This document shows positions 63,225 through 64,000 of a stretch of 64,000 nt of DNA, one piece after another. Numbering within the stretch: the stretch's first letter is position 1; each line of letters starts with the position of its first letter. The notes under the pieces are model-generated. The model did not search any database, was not told the DNA's origin, and saw only the letters and a program-made list of their open reading frames with translations. The DNA is from Octopus bimaculoides (Eukaryota), in the NCBI RefSeq assembly GCF_001194135.2, contig NC_068987.1, forward strand, positions 60,377,950-60,441,949. Direction: 5' to 3'. The position numbers and the translations under genes were made by a program.

Positions 63225-64000
63225 TGCTCAAGTAAACAGAAGTAAAAACAGACAAAATAACTAAGTACTTCAGAAGAAATTTAAGTCTCATCCTATATAC
63301 ACTATAGCTTGTTGATTAACAGCCAAGAGCATTAACATTCCACTTGTTTGAATCTCGTTTATAATCCTGCAAGTTAACACTCCATTACCTCTATGTCCTT
63401 AAGCATGACTTAGGTTGTGCTGAGAGAATCTTGGAGACAATCAATCCAGCATGGGAAATAGGAAATATGCTAAAAGTTCTATACTGAAAAGTATCATAAC
63501 CATGGATTCAGCTCATTAGCTTCATAATCGTAAACAAAGGAACTTAATTAAGTTCAGGCATGCATATTTCAAAAGTTTGGTTAAGCATGTATTACAAATG
63601 GAATGTATTTTAGTTTTGCTCACATTTTATAGTTAAGGTATATCTCTGCTGGAGGATAATGTGTCAGCTAAATGTGTTTGAGATTTATTAACAGGACAAC
63701 TTGAATTTAATACTGCAAGTTACCAAAAATATTTCATCATCATCATTATCATCATCGTTCTAATGATTGTTGTCTTCGCCGTCATGGTTATTGTCATTAT
63801 CATTGTTGCTTTTGCATCCACTTTTCCATACTTCAGATAGAAGTTTTTGAAGCAGATTTTCTATGATTGGATGCTCTACCTGTTACTGGCACTCATCTGG
63901 TTCCAAGTAAAGGGATATTCTCCCATGATTGGACATTTTTAAACAGAAGTTTGTAAATGAAGGACTCTGCTTTTATCACAGTGACAGTCACAACTGTCAC

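Overview
AT-rich, repeat-saturated animal genomic DNA from a gapped short-read assembly, with many N-runs, mostly abutting (TA)n or transposons. The repeat families (three tRNA-headed SINE groups, an RTE LINE with a (GAT)n tail, an R4/Dong-type LINE, extreme microsatellite load) look like octopus DNA; this is an inference from family recognition, not a database hit. No host protein-coding exon can be identified with confidence, and almost all ORF-track entries are microsatellite or gap artefacts. Recognisable coding sequence is all transposon-derived: RTE ORF2 fragments (two near-identical young copies), R4/Dong restriction-like endonuclease tails, and a hAT/Charlie transposase C-terminus. There are also hAT and piggyBac-type MITEs with TSDs. 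The most interesting signal is a set of hammerhead-ribozyme-like motifs in back-to-back inverted arrangements typical of Penelope-like element pseudo-LTRs. One (3645-3741) has an intact catalytic core; another (34038-34505) is fused to a tRNA-like Pol III head. Also notable are head/tail module shuffling among SINEs, microsatellite-associated LINE insertion, and a candidate 5'-UTR exon ending exactly in ATG|GT at 62017-62081, suggesting a plus-strand gene whose CDS lies beyond the window. SINE family labels A, B, B', C and tail labels X, Y, Z are my own working names. Repeat boundaries are hand-read and approximate unless TSDs are given.
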